64,000 nt of DNA from Tubulanus polymorphus (lineage: Eukaryota > Animalia > Nemertea), in the NCBI RefSeq assembly GCF_964204645.1, contig NC_134027.1:12246485-12310484 (forward strand), read 5' to 3'. A program made the translations under genes and the position numbers. The notes below the pieces were generated by a model. That model had not been told where the DNA came from. It saw nothing but the letters and a program-made list of their open reading frames with translations, and did not search any database. Below are positions 24,567-37,433 of the stretch, piece by piece. How positions within the stretch are numbered: position 1 is the stretch's first letter; each line of letters opens with the position of its first letter.

Positions 24567-27500
24567 TGGGCCGAGCATTGAGTACATACGCTTGACTTCC
24601 TGGTATTTTAACCCCCCATGTATGCTCTCTGTACATTTTTTTATAACCCCCTTGCGTTCGTACCGAAGTAGTTCCGGAGTACTTTATGATTTACCCCCTT
24701 CCTCTAAAAGTGAATTTTTGAGGATCTGTGGTTTAAAAAAAGCAAAATTCACCAGCATTCATCAGAGCTCCGATGACGATGTGTGAATTGACAAAGTGAA
24801 AGACCAAGGGTGGGGAATTCCCAGGAAATCCCACTCTAATATAGGGGATATTTGTAAAAATCACATTGTGTTTCGTGCACGATGTATGTACTTTAATGTT
24901 GCATGAAGGCCTTAATCTATAGATATTCACTTGCAATTGGGATTATAAACTACTTAGGGATCCATAAGAGTGATCATCCTTTTGAGATTTTCAAATTCAA
25001 TTAATTTTGGCATTTTTGTTCCACTCACAATTGTGACCAGCATGCACACTGAGAACTAACAAAATGACTTCTGACAGAACACTATTTCTTTTATTATAAA
25101 ATGCTTCAAGAACTAGATTTTACATAATGGTTCATCAATTATATACAAAATATACTTGATATTACATCTACTCTGTCATTTTTAGTTAGTTACATGGAAG
25201 TCATAAAAGCAATCGCTGTGTTTGTCGATGCACAAATATACGTTGCATTTCATACAGAAGAATCTGGTACGTCGATTACAAGTAGGGTTTTTGCAGCTTT
25301 TAGGGACCTCAGCTAACCGTTTTGGCAAATGCCCATGACCATCAAGGCGTATGTGGTCAGGCACAAAGTTTGCACTGCGTACATCCTTTTCAGATTCGAT
25401 TCTCTGCACAGGTTCAGGATTGGGAACACCCAAAATTAGGCAGTGGGCAATGGCAAGTTTGAATCTGTATAACTTGTTACTCTTGGCTTGAATACTTCCA
25501 TTTTTTTCTGCCAATAGTCCAGGCATTTACACAACTCATATCTAATAAGTGGAAGATAATGCGTTAGTACCACTTCTTGCTTTTCATTCTAATCCGATAA
25601 AAGGACAATAACATGTAACAACGGTCAACAACGCCCATGTTTTTGTTATAGGTTTTTATAATACCTGGGCACTCAATTTCTACATGTTTTTTTTCTTTGG
25701 CATTATATCGACGTACATACTGGGTTGGCGTGACTGAACACAAGTTTCATCCAACTGTAACAACCTTATTGTCAAACCAGGCTATTATAACGATTCCTTC
25801 GGCTTATTGGTAGTCAAAGGAACCCCTACCCTGTTTTTTTAATTCCTTTTCACTTTTTAAGGGACATTTAGCACGCCTATTTTTACGCATCGTACAAGTC
25901 GCATGATAGCCTCGGCGTTTAAGCTCTAGGAGTAGTTCCAGGGATGCAAAATAGTTGTCAAAGACAATGTGAGTGCCTTGAGGAAGGAGACGTTCCAAAT
26001 TCAAAACAACTTCACCACTCTTACCTATGCCTGGTTCTGAATCAGGGATATGTTGAACAAGGTTATCACCCTGTATGTAAAATTTGTGCATATAGCCGGA
26101 TTGACCAGCTAGTCCCCATATTTTATAGCCCCATTTTTTTGGCTTTTTTCCATATAGACTTTGAGACTATGGTGTCCCTTAATGGAACAATTTGCTCATC
26201 TACAGACATGAACCTTTCAGGCTCAGCATTTTTATCAAAATTTGTCTGGATTATTTTCAGCAGTGGCCTGACATTATGGAGCCTGTCATAACCGGGTTGA
26301 CCATGTTTCACTTCTAAATCATTGTCGCTAACATGGAAAACTGCAAGTTTTTGTTCAAAACGATTAACCGACATGGCATTTTTTACAAGTTCTTGTTGAA
26401 TATCTTGTGACCAGTAATCTCTTCGACCAGCAAATGAACAACTGACTTGTAAATAACGATTCCAAGAACTATACGCATCTCCTGTTCACTAATTACTGGT
26501 GTTTTGTCCTTTTTTTGTTGTAACCTAAATCGGTTAGTTTCCAGTGTTATCAGTTCTATAGCCTCCTGGCCAAACATCAATAAGAAATAGTCAATTTCTG
26601 ATTTGCAGTTTTTCATCTCACCCTTAGGCAATAATTCATTTTCTGGTAGGTCACCTGGATCTTTTATATCGGCATGCGTCCACTTCCAAACTTTTCTCTT
26701 CGGTCTGAAAGACACAAGTCAAAGTTTAGGTTATACCCCCTGGCTAGAATAAAATAAATTTAGCTGTAATTAGGCCCCCAAAAACACATGTAAAGCTCAA
26801 ACTTACTTGTTTGAAGTCGCTGCATGCCTAGCACGTTTAGCGGGTTGAGTCAGCACATCATCAGTGTTATCATCGTCTGTCTCATTGCTTTCATCGCCAT
26901 CAACAGAACCTTCAGAATTCTCATCCTCACTATATGCAGGGTCTTCATCACTATCATATCTTTCATCAGCTGAAGAGCCACTTTCTTACCGTTCGTCTTC
27001 ACTTCCAGATGGTATATCGCCGTCATCGTCATCATAACTGTTGATAATGTTCTGAACTACATCATTTGTAGAAAGGCGCTGCCGTTGAGGACTCAATCTG
27101 GAACATAAACAACATAGTATAGAGTAAACTCAATCTAGGTGTGCTATAAAAAAAGCTATATAGGAGAAAGGAGACATATCAGTACTAATTTTAGAATGTA
27201 ATCTATTGATATACAGGTGCTGAGAAAATACACAATAAGTCCTAGTGCATGGCTATCACAATTGTAACCATTACTTAATGCGGCTCGTGTGCATGAACGA
27301 CACAATTGTGACCAAACCATAAAACAGCTCCCCTGTTCAAATTTTTAGTTTCAAATATACATTACATGCATTCTGCATTGTCTTTGTGTTCCTAATAACA
27401 CATTTATTTGGATATTGACACAATTCCTGGCCTTATCAAAATTTTAGGGGACTTTAAATATGTAGAATTTTCAACTCACCTTCCTAACATGGGCGCCGCC

Positions 27501-27790
27501 ATCTTGGATTTCCAAAGTAGACTACCTACGCCATCTATCCATTGATACATAAACTACCAAATGTCACAATTGTGATATATATGCAAACAAACATATTCTG
27601 TTCACTGAAAATTATTTTTGGCCCCCCAAAAAAAAGGATACAATTGTAACCCATATGCAACAAAGGGTTTAAAGATTACCCCCCTTAGGAAAGTATGTAC
27701 ACCTTGAGCTCACCCCTCCTCCTGTGTGCCTTTGTACGGATTTCTAAACCCCCCTCCCCCTACGTGTGTATGTACTTTATGCACAGCCCC
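24567..27790. mobile_element. PIF/Harbinger-like MITE (about 450 bp of its own sequence) containing the piggyBac
   Basis: Degenerate TIRs TGGGCCGAGCATTGAGTACATACGC and GTGTATGTACTTTATGCACAGCCCC. Flanks TTT/TTA. It splits the CR1 frame between ...VLEP and LLFVMFIN. Confidence 0.65.
24897..27667 (-). mobile_element. piggyBac transposon, decayed
   Basis: SVDEQ, VFDNYF and NKNMGVVD catalytic contexts; C-terminal CKNPTC..CMKC..LC..CF..FH domain. Right end TGCAACAAAGGG-T-TTAA; left end TTAA-TGTTGCAT (eroded). Subterminal CACAATTGT(G/A)ACC repeats at both ends. Confidence 0.88.
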
Positions 27791-27985
27791 TTACTCTTTG
27801 TGATGTTTATTAATGAATGACCTCTGTTACTGGTGATGTTATTATGTTCGCTGATGATTGTAACCTTTTCAAAACTATTGTAACTAGGCATGACTGTGAA
27901 ATCATACAAAGGGACCTAAATGCCCTTGCTGACTGGAGCCAGTTATGGCAATTAGACTTCAACCCTGACAAATGCCATGTTTTGA

Positions 27986-28965
27986 GGAGTGTAGGAAAAA
28001 AATGGCCAAGGAAAAAATGGCCTAAAAAAAGGCCAAGGAAAATTTATGAGAACTACTGCCAATGTTAATAAAACATTGAATTTTCAATTTAATGACATCA
28101 TATATTTTTCATGGGGTTTGAAACAATCAAAATCGGTATTAATGAGTTCAGAAATGTGATGAACTTACATTTCATTTCATTACATATGATGAATATATCA
28201 AGAACTATCATGCAAGTGTTTAATGAATAAACTTGATAGTGATAAACTTAAACCTAATAGATTAACTAAATTAATATTTCAAAACATCTAAAGCTGGGCG
28301 TAGGTCGGCCTTGCGAAGTGCGAGATCGTTGCGTTGCGTCGCGTCACAAGTGGCGGTTGTCAGCGACTGTGTGCGAGTAGTTGCAGCCAGTCGCTGCCAG
28401 TTGCAACAGCACGCAGGTCGGTTGCGTCGCATGGCAGAAAGTAGAACATGTGCGACTGGCGTCGCTGGCAGTCGCAACCCGTCGCTGGCAGTCGCAAGGT
28501 AGCGTATGTCGGTGAGTCGTTGGGATGTGATCGTCGCTGGCGGTCGCACCGAGTCGCGTCGCAGTGAGTCGCAAGCGGTCGCAAGGCCGACCTACGCCCG
28601 CCTTAACTAAACTATTAAGGCAAGGTCTTAAATCATCAAAGGTAAATGCTTTGAAATTGTGTGGTAATTTATATAGCAAACTAGTGCAGTGTCTGATAAC
28701 ATCAAAGTGAGATATGATCATCAAATTTACCTAAACTAATTCAGGAATTGGTCTCTAATAATCTCAAAAAGTTACATGCCAAAACATCGGAAAACATCAA
28801 TGCATTTGATTTCGTTTTAGTTAATAATATGACAGTCAGTTTTCCATTCAATCTTCCTTGGCCTTTTTTTCCGTGGCCATTTTTCCTTGGCCATTTTTTC
28901 CTAGGCAAATACCTTGGCCATTCTTTCCTTCGCCATTTTTTCCTTGGCCATTTTTTTCGTTCACC
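27986..28965. mobile_element. Mutator-like fold-back element with modular TIRs and 9-bp TSD
   Basis: TIRs are built of GGAAAAAATGGCCAA modules. TSD ATGTTTTGA at 27977-27985 and 28966-28974 (boundary ambiguous by up to 3 nt). Confidence 0.75.
28292..28603. mobile_element. GC-rich PIF/Harbinger-type MITE
   Basis: TIR AG(CT/GC)GGGCGTAGGTCGGCCTTGCGA; TAA TSD at 28289-28291 and 28604-28606; internal GTCGC repeats. Confidence 0.85.
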
Positions 28966-29788
28966 ATGTTTTGAGACCAGGTACTATCGATAATTCCTAT
29001 ACAATGAGAACCAAAAATGGAAGACTCCAATTCTCTACTAGCGAAAGGGACTTAAGAGTGATGATACAATCACTTGAAATATCATCTCCTCCTTATTAAT
29101 AACATTACTAACTATTATTCTTATACTCAATTATACTATGATTCTTATACTCAATACGTAGATCCTTAAAATTTTGGATAAAGATATGAATGAAATATAA
29201 GGGTGCGGCGAAGTCTCGAACTTTCAGTACCCAGCTGGAACCCATCCCTCGGTGTAAACATAATATGAGCAATTTAAAATGAATGATGACTAATCATAAA
29301 CATTTGTCTTACAGAGAGTGCCTGCAGCACCTAAGGTGACCCAGTCTTTACATACGTCGATGACCTTGCTGAAGTCTACAGACCCACTCATAATTTCTAC
29401 AGTCTTCAGTATCCTATTGTACAACAAGATAACCATATCGGAATGAGAGGAAATTCATATATGCTACTATAAGTGCAAACAAACTATGTGTAGAACCTAA
29501 GATCATCATTTTCTTGCAAACACAATAGTCTGGGAATAAAACGGTTTACCTAAACAAGGCGTCAACGCTACTCTGTTGGACTGTTATAAAGCTAGACTGG
29601 ACAGTCACTGGAAAGTCATTGAAAAGGATTTACACCAGTTAGAAATCAATTTCATTTATTGTGAGCTACTGATCTGTACTATATTTCTATATTTTACCGT
29701 GGATACATGTGCCTTCGTATCTATTCATGATAGCATAATATTCGTGCACCCTCTCAAAGTCTGAGATTAGTGAACTTTTCGAGCCGCT

Positions 29789-31702
29789 ATGGAGTCAGAA
29801 ACTGTCAGTGATGCCATTGAAAATGAAATGTTTGAGAATTTGAGTGGACGGTTTTTAGATGTTGATGATATTTATAGTGTGCTCTCTTCTGAGAGAACTG
29901 TATGGGAGCAAATACCTATGGGAAAAAAAGAAAATGTGTTTTTCTTGGTTGATAATACGCAAAATAGTGAAAATCGTTCCCGCGGTAAACGCAGCTCATT
30001 TCCTGACGATTGTGGAGTATGGGACTCCAAAAGTGCCTCATCGAATATCAGGTATTTCATATTACGAAACAATCATTTAGAGTCGGTTGTTCTTAAAGAC
30101 GGACTCTACGGCAAACAGGGTAGAAAGACATTTACATCTATCAATCCACAGCCCAATGAGGAATGTCTATTTGGTCTGCACAGGGCGTATGTATCTCTTA
30201 AGAGGTGCCCGTCTTATAAAAAGCGCGTGTCTTGGTGTTCGAAAGGCCCAGCTGAGTTGCTGAATCGTGCATTAGTGGAATATATCGGTAATTATCCTGA
30301 TTCTGTAAGTGTTCACGGGAACAATAAAAACAATGACGGAGAGTATATACGGAAGCATCCGGTTATTCTAGATTCAGTAAAACAAGCAGTTAGATTTGGA
30401 AAGAAATGCAGACAGATATATTCAGACACGTTAACAGAGAACACTGAAATGGCTCCTCGAGATCTGAAGCAAGTTCAAAGTATAAAGTACGCGTTAGAGA
30501 GTAAGACGAGAAACAAAGCAGTTGGGCGTAATAACAGCCGGAATGCTGCTGATGATATACAAACCCTGATACATAACGTTCATGAGCATCCTTTAATTCA
30601 GGAGATCATTCACACCAAAGGGAAAGCTCCATCAATAATCTTGTACACTGAAAATCAAATGACCGACTTGGTGAATACATGCAAAATCGGCAGAGCGATT
30701 ATTGGAGTTGACAGGACAGTTAATTTAGGTCCCTGTTACTTAACAATTCTCGTATTTAAACAACCCAAATTGCGCCGTAAAAAGTCACAGAGTTCTCCGA
30801 TCATATTGGGACCGATTTTATTGCACTATGATGGGGATTTTCGCACCTATCATTCTTTCTTTTCACACATTCGCGGACGATTTGATGATATTGCAATATT
30901 GGATATTGAGATTGGTGTGGATGACATGATCATTGGTTCTGATGAAGAGGCAGCTCTTGTAAAAGCAATAAAACTTGTATTTTGTGATTCTGAAATAATA
31001 TTTTGTACTAGACACTTGAAAGAAAACGTTAGACGCCGACTCGGGAACACGACAGGTGTAGACAAAAAGATGATGCGACATATACTTGATGATATTTTTG
31101 GAAAAAATGGTCTAATTGAATCAGATGATATGTTTAGTTTTGATGAGAAAACTGTGACTGTTGCCGCAAAAATTGAAAATGAACAATCATCTTTCATAAG
31201 ATATTTCAAAACTAAGTTGGTACCAATTTTAAAGGATTTTGTTTTGAACCCACATTTTTCTAAAACGGAGTTTTTGCCACTAGCCTGGACAAATAAAACT
31301 TGTGAATCATTAGATTATATCCTCAAGTTATCAGTGTATAGAAAACCAAATCTAATTATCAATTTAGTCGACAAAATACATAAAATTGTTCAATTGCATT
31401 ACGCAAATACTCGACTCGCATTTTATGGGGAGGGAACTTTCCAATTGGCAGAATCCCTCATTTCATTTAGGATGCCAAAAGTGGTGTGGGTCTCAAAAAC
31501 AAGTGCAGAACAGAACGACCATTTTCAGAAATTTCTGGATCATATAGAAACAAGAATTGACAAATATTTGTTATCGACAGATGGGAAGTTGACGATTATA
31601 ACAAGGACGCCAAAAACAGTGAAAAAACTCGGAAAATTAAAACGTATGAGGAAAGCCAAGGCTAAAACCATACCTGAAAAGAGAAGAAAGGTATTAGATT
31701 AA
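29789..31702 (+). CDS. MULE/Mutator-family transposase-like protein, 637 aa, uninterrupted and intronless
   Basis: IIGVDRTVNLG (D1), IGSDEEAALVKAI..VF (D2), CTRH (CxxH), WTNKTCES (E); basic C-terminal tail. Confidence 0.8.
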   Translation: MESETVSDAIENEMFENLSGRFLDVDDIYSVLSSERTVWEQIPMGKKENVFFLVDNTQNSENRSRGKRSSFPDDCGVWDSKSASSNIRYFILRNNHLESVVLKDGLYGKQGRKTFTSINPQPNEECLFGLHRAYVSLKRCPSYKKRVSWCSKGPAELLNRALVEYIGNYPDSVSVHGNNKNNDGEYIRKHPVILDSVKQAVRFGKKCRQIYSDTLTENTEMAPRDLKQVQSIKYALESKTRNKAVGRNNSRNAADDIQTLIHNVHEHPLIQEIIHTKGKAPSIILYTENQMTDLVNTCKIGRAIIGVDRTVNLGPCYLTILVFKQPKLRRKKSQSSPIILGPILLHYDGDFRTYHSFFSHIRGRFDDIAILDIEIGVDDMIIGSDEEAALVKAIKLVFCDSEIIFCTRHLKENVRRRLGNTTGVDKKMMRHILDDIFGKNGLIESDDMFSFDEKTVTVAAKIENEQSSFIRYFKTKLVPILKDFVLNPHFSKTEFLPLAWTNKTCESLDYILKLSVYRKPNLIINLVDKIHKIVQLHYANTRLAFYGEGTFQLAESLISFRMPKVVWVSKTSAEQNDHFQKFLDHIETRIDKYLLSTDGKLTIITRTPKTVKKLGKLKRMRKAKAKTIPEKRRKVLD

Positions 31703-31822
31703 TCTGTTACACTCATTAGTTTATTGCTTGTGCACACGATGTGTGACAAGTTTATTTACCTGGGTACGGAATGTATCTTGTGTATGGTGGGCTCTGTTGA
31801 CTTTCTTGATTGTTGTATAATA

Positions 31823-31977
31823 CAGCAGACTCCTCTTAACTGGAATCAATTGGGACCAGTGACAAACGATGATTGGAGTAAGACTAATGAATTTAATTCA
31901 CATTATGGTTCTAAGATTTGTGTTCGAGGTAGGAGATAATTCGACTTGAAAGCATTTGATTTAAGAGGAGTCTACTG
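31823..31977. mobile_element. 155-bp Tc1/mariner (pogo/Tigger-like) MITE
   Basis: TIRs CAGCAGACTCCTCTTAA and TTAAGAGGAGTCTACTG, flanked by TA on both sides. Confidence 0.8.
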
Positions 31978-32258
31978 TAATTAGGCTTTCCTGATCCTAT
32001 TGTAATTGGTTGTATTATTATGGTTTTCTGCTTCTTCAATGAAAAACCCTTTTGTTCTGAACAGTATTATTACTATTCACACGTCTTACTGAAAGAATAT
32101 AACTTACCACAATTCACTCCCTATCTCGGTGAAGTCATAATATCCTATGGTGCAAGTACTTGATATTAAAACAACTTTTTTGATCCTTTTGTATTCCAAT
32201 GGATTAATAGGGTTTTCTGCTGCTTTTGTGGAAAACCCTTTTGTTCTGCAGAGTATTA

Positions 32259-32754
32259 TAGTAGATTCCGCCTAATAACCGGTACTGGCCTATCCGGTAA
32301 TCTGTTCAAATCAGTAAAATGAAAATATGATATTCCGTTTGCTACTGCTTTTCTATACAATAATATCACCTAGCCCGCTATGGGTCTATTCGATAATCCA
32401 CCTTATCCAGAAAACGTCATTTCTGTTCATTCTGCGCTTAAACTGGTGAACCATAATGGCTTTTTACCTACAAACTGTATTTTACAATACTATCAATCAT
32501 CTTTCGCTATTGGTGAATCATATGAGGCCTTGTTACTATTACTGCCCACTCGTGACCTAACTTAGCCATAGTTGCCATTACGAAAGTGCATCAAGAGTGA
32601 ACCAGAATGGCGTAGTTTCAGGAATTGAAGAGAACGCAACACGCCAAGTCTATAAAAGGACTTGTTTGGATGTTGTGCTTGTTCAAACCAGTAATCGCCT
32701 AATTCGGTGGAAAGATTAAGGTAACAACTTTACCGGTTTAGCCAGAGTCTACTG
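32259..32754. mobile_element. Degenerate pogo/Tigger-like MITE
   Basis: TAGTAGATTCCGCCTAATAACCGGTA versus TACCGGTTTAGCCAGAGTCTACTG; it interrupts the second copy of a local duplication of about 190 bp. Confidence 0.5.
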
Positions 32755-35700
32755 CATTATAATTCTCTTTTTCACACGAAATCAATGTCCTATGGTCCTC
32801 GTACCTGATAGGCCATATTAAAAAAAAACTTGCGCTCTACACAAGTTCTTACTCTTACTACTAGGGAGATGTAAATCTTGAAAAAATCATTTCAGCATTG
32901 GTTTTTCGCATGTAATTTATTCAGTTTATCATTCTCCATTCCTTTTTGAATGATAAACCGGTATAAACCTACCGGTATATTGATTTTAGTTCAATGTATA
33001 GAAATATATAAACTAAAGGTCAAGTACATGTACATACTCATTTTGAAGCCTTGTATCATAAATGTATAAGTATCTTACAATAAGAAATAATAGTGTAAAC
33101 ATTTATTTGAAAAAATAAAAATTTAAAAATAAGACATAACCACCTCATTTTTGCCCACTTGGGACTTAAATCCTGGCAGGCTATTGCATTTTGCTTTTGG
33201 CCTGTCAACCATCCATCTGTAGCTGGAATTTATTTTGGGGAGTTTTGAAGACACTTCAATATATTGTCTTGATATATGGTCTGTACAATGTTTGTATCAA
33301 CCCTAAACATCACTGCAGCCCCAAAACTGGCTTAAAGTCTTATATTCCAGCCATTGTTGTTAGCCAAAATCAACACTTTTTACACCTGTTTTACCTTTGT
33401 TAGGGATAGTGGAGTTGGCGTTTAGCCAATTTTGTAAAATCTCGGTACGTTTTTTTAAGTAAGCATTTGTTTCATTGGTTCTTGGCCTAAACGACGTATA
33501 ATTAATGCTATTGAAGACGTATATAAAATTGCAATGACCTTGATTGTGGGCGTCATCTCTACTAGGGAATGGGATTGGCTGTATTTTGGGATATACAGGA
33601 AATTCTGCAAATTCCGGTGCTACTTATGTAATTATGGAAAAGCCACAAAATGGCGGGCGTTTCGTTGGACTAGGTACCGTACATGTGCAAATTCCAAATG
33701 ATCAGCTTGCGAGAATATATTTTATATATATCTGCAGTCGGTAATGTTTCATTTGATACCCTTACCGGTAGTTTGTTTTGATTGACCATAAAGTGTAAGC
33801 AAACGTTCACCCTGGTGTGATGAAACACAAACCAACTAGTTTCATTGGAGTAGGCCTATTATTTAAGTATAAATGTTGTCGGCGCTAATTGACAATGGTA
33901 AACTATGAAATGAAATATAAATTTAAAGCAAATTCAGATATGCTCTCTGTTAACTTTTAGTGGCAAATACATTTGTTGGACACATGAGTCCCTCCCAGGG
34001 GATGCGATGGAGTGAAATGAATGTCAAGGAAATGAATGTAACAACTGCAAATTGTTTCACTCGGTGTATAAGTCGAGGTCAATATATTTTTGTGGTAAAA
34101 TCAAGGGTTTAAAACAATCCATACATCAATCTTTACGGTACCAGTATGTTAGGCCCTACATTTGAAGAGGTGCCAAGACGTTTAATATTCAGCAACCCTC
34201 TGATTGATGATATGTGAATTTTTTTTCTCTAAATATTTTTTATATTGTAAAAAGTATTTTTTCAAAATATAAAATAGTTTCCCTACCTACCTGAACCCTA
34301 CCAAATATTTGTACATGGACCGTCAACAAGACTTTTTTGTTCCCAAAAAGTCATTTTTGCCCTGAATTCTATAAGCGCTAGTTTCCTAATGGTTTGTCAT
34401 TTTTCATAGAAGTTTGTGACTGTCATATTTTGAAAAGGGATCTTCAACATATCAGATCAGTCACTTTTCTGACATTTGACAGCTGTCTTGATGTTCCTAG
34501 CCAGGCTTCAATTGGGCAAACCTGACCCACAGCAATAGTATCATAGATTACTGTGGGTAGCCACAGCGACCTACAACATATTTGAATGTCAAATTTGTCG
34601 TAGCACATTAGTAATTCATAGTACAAATCACCATCACTGAATTTTTTTACGCCTTATAAAACGTTACCATTATGAAACCTAAACAATGTTAACCATTCAG
34701 CGTCATTTTACAAACGACAACCGTAAATCGATGTGCAAAACGTCACAGGTCTATGTGAACACATCCAAGCTATTTGGCAAAATATTATTGACAAAGATGT
34801 AGATTGTCTTCCTGTGATTATATAATGAGCTCTATTTGAACGTCGAAATGTTATATTTCATTGAATATCATAAGAAGATGTATTGTAATAGTAATGGATG
34901 TATGATTATATCAGAAGTGGCAGGCATAAATCGAAATGATAAGTAAATCGGATTATTCGGTCGAAATGGCGGATGTATACACGATTTGGAAGTCTGATAT
35001 AAAATTAAGACCCTGACATGGGGATGCCGGTGGAATGACGAAGCTATCTACGATGTGTGTAGGACCGGCGTGAATTTCATCGGCGGCTACAAGCGGTCAA
35101 TATAAAAATGTATAAACATACAATTTCAATATTCAAATGTTTTAGAAAATATGTTCGATATTAGGGGTATGCAGGTTTCATGCGATAAGCAATTTATAAT
35201 AGCATAGCTGTCATATACGACTCCGCGTCCTCTGATGGCATGTGTATTAGGTAACAATTCAATTCAATTCTTTATTGATCCTTATTACATATAAAATTCC
35301 CGAATTCAATAAAGTTACAATTTTAAAATAAGAAAATACAACATACAAAACACATGCGTAATTCATACAGAATAACATAAACATGTTATTTAAAATGACA
35401 TTGTCTACTTCAACCCAGACTCATGAAGATATCGAGTGACTGAGCCAAACCGCGCCGACACGGGCCGGATGGCTAGGTCACACGATATGCTCCAAAGTTA
35501 CGATAAAGCAGACATCAGACAAGCTCTTTCCTCAACTATGGAGGCAATGAAGACCTCGGAAGACCTCGCATCACCTACCCAAATCGCCAAATCTCATAAT
35601 TCCCCAAATTTCTTAAAACTTCGATTTCAAATTTGCAATTCCACATCAGCTTATCCCAAAAATTCTACATTTTTTTCGCATGCGTCAAATAATTCATTAA

Positions 35701-36699
35701 AATTAATTTTCTTGTTCTCATTGTCATTGAGACAAAGAGAGCTATATTATCAACAACAATCATATAATTTTATGAGAACTTATCACAAATAACAAACAAA
35801 CATTATTCAACCACTTTATTATACTGGGTGTCTCAGATTACCTATTCATCAACTATACCAGTAATGATGATTAATTTCATTTGGGGTAAGGTTGGTAGAC
35901 ACGGATATTTACTTGATGATGAAATGTTGAAATGCAATGATAAGCCAAGCATGACTGAGCACTGGCGTATTTTGATATGGTCAATAAAATGGAGTCGAAA
36001 CCAAAGACTACAGACAAATCCACTATAATTGTGTACGTTAATTGTTAAATGACCAGCTGCCAGTTGAAAAATTGATAAAAACCACAAAATCACCGCATTC
36101 ACTTCTTGTGAAATTTTCTTGTGGGGAATCGTAAAAACAAAGATATCAAAAGCGCCGCCAGCGGGAATTAAGGACAGATAACTGGTGGATGAATACCATA
36201 GCAACAGTTAACTTGTAGTAGTCACTATATCAACTGTCCACTGGTTAACTCTAACCAACTTTTGAGCAACTGGTCCAAGAAAGTAACAGATTTTGAAAAA
36301 TGCTGAATCTGATGTATCAAAATTCTGCGAGGGAAATGAGACATCGAGCTCAACTGTGCATTGGTAAAAATGGTTGACATTGAACAATTCTGGCGGGGGA
36401 TCTATGATTTTGGTAGGGAAGTAAAAAGGGACCATGTGAACTTTAACTGCGAGGACGATGCAAGCAGCATAGCCCTCATGACCATCGACTGTGAGGGGAA
36501 TTTTGAAATTTTTAAAATTTTGATGATAATTTGGTGTGATTGTTGAACAATGAAATCTATGAAATTGATCATAAATATTACACTATACTAATACCATAAT
36601 CCCAATACCATAGCATATTCATCATTTTGCATGAGAAAATACAACTTTTGTTTGTTTTACATTCACCTTTATTGGAAAAACTGGATTTTTTGGATCCTG

Positions 36700-37085
36700 T
36701 AGGTCCCAGGTAGCCATTTTGTAATTCTCGTTCCGGGCTCTAACTCATTAACTGTTTGAGATAATCTAATGAAATATGATGGATGGGTTATCATAGAGAC
36801 TGTAGGTAACTGATCAGATTTCAGGTCCTGTAGGTCAAAAGTAAAGGCCAAAGGAAGCCTTTCTGTAAATTTCATTTTAAGGGCTCAAACCCATAAATGG
36901 TACCGAGATAACTTGGTGAAATTTTGTGGATGGGTTACCCTAGAGATCATGGGTAATTGATTGGATTTCAGGTCCTATATGTCAAAATGTCAAGGTCACC
37001 GGACGCTATTTTGTATTTTTAATTTCCGGGCTCCAACTAATAGATGGTTCGGTGACATTTGATGGATGGGTAATCCTAGATGTAT
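36700..37085 (+). repeat. Degenerate Helentron-type internal tandem units
   Basis: TTCCGGGCTC(T/C)AACT, GATGGGT(T/A)A(T/C)C(A/C)TAGA and GATTTCAGGTCCT..(A/T)GTCAAAA motifs recur 2-3 times at about 145-bp spacing. Confidence 0.5.
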
Positions 37086-37274
37086 TCTATCCTTAACTAA
37101 TACCGCTTGCCCCAGACTGATTTTACCAGTTTCAGTCGGTTCGAGTTAAATGAGGTTCATTGTAATTAGGGAAATATGGGAAAAAACTTTTTGCTTGTTC
37201 CTTGAGAAGAAAGATTGCCACTGGCTAGTTTGTAGAGCATTAGTAATTTAGTTTTTTTCTTTAGCTTGGCACTT

Positions 37275-37433
37275 ATGAGTCAGACCATAACTCCAATTGT
37301 TGGACCACCCACAATGGAAAATGTGAACACCAGTGACACTTTCTATTATTTTGGGTTCGGAAGCAACATGCTGATCCAAAGACTCCAAATGGGTTCTCCA
37401 TCAGCCAAGAAATTTGCTGTCGGAAAACTTCTG
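37275..37433 (+). CDS. GGCT: Gamma-glutamylcyclotransferase, first coding exon
   Basis: Acceptor TTTTTTCTTTAG ends at 37264. Reads MSQTITP...TFYYFGFGSNMLIQRL...AVGKLL (YFAYGSN-type motif). Donor GTAGGT at 37434, phase 0. Confidence 0.88.

Larger units (their letters stand above)
24340..29620 (+). mobile_element. Old CR1-clade LINE RT/3' fragment interrupted by four nested insertions
   Basis: VDVMYFDFWKASD (about 24365), G..QGSVLEP (about 24535-24563), LLFVMFIN and MFADDCNLF...WSQLWQLDFNPDKCHVLR (27791-27985), STSERDLRV (about 29030), YKARLDSHW (about 29585). Confidence 0.8.

Noticed and set aside
28271-28724. Overlapping Arg/Ala/Cys-rich ORFs
   Set aside because: Artefacts of the GC-rich GTCGC-repeat MITE.
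33640-33745. GGCT promoter and first non-coding exon
   Set aside because: AAAATGGCGG and nearby GT donors are suggestive, but a similar motif lies at about 34963; cannot be assigned without transcripts.
35400-35600. SECIS element, snRNA or RNase P RNA
   Set aside because: No correctly spaced UGA/GA quartet with apical AA, and no recognisable snRNA or RNase P conserved boxes.
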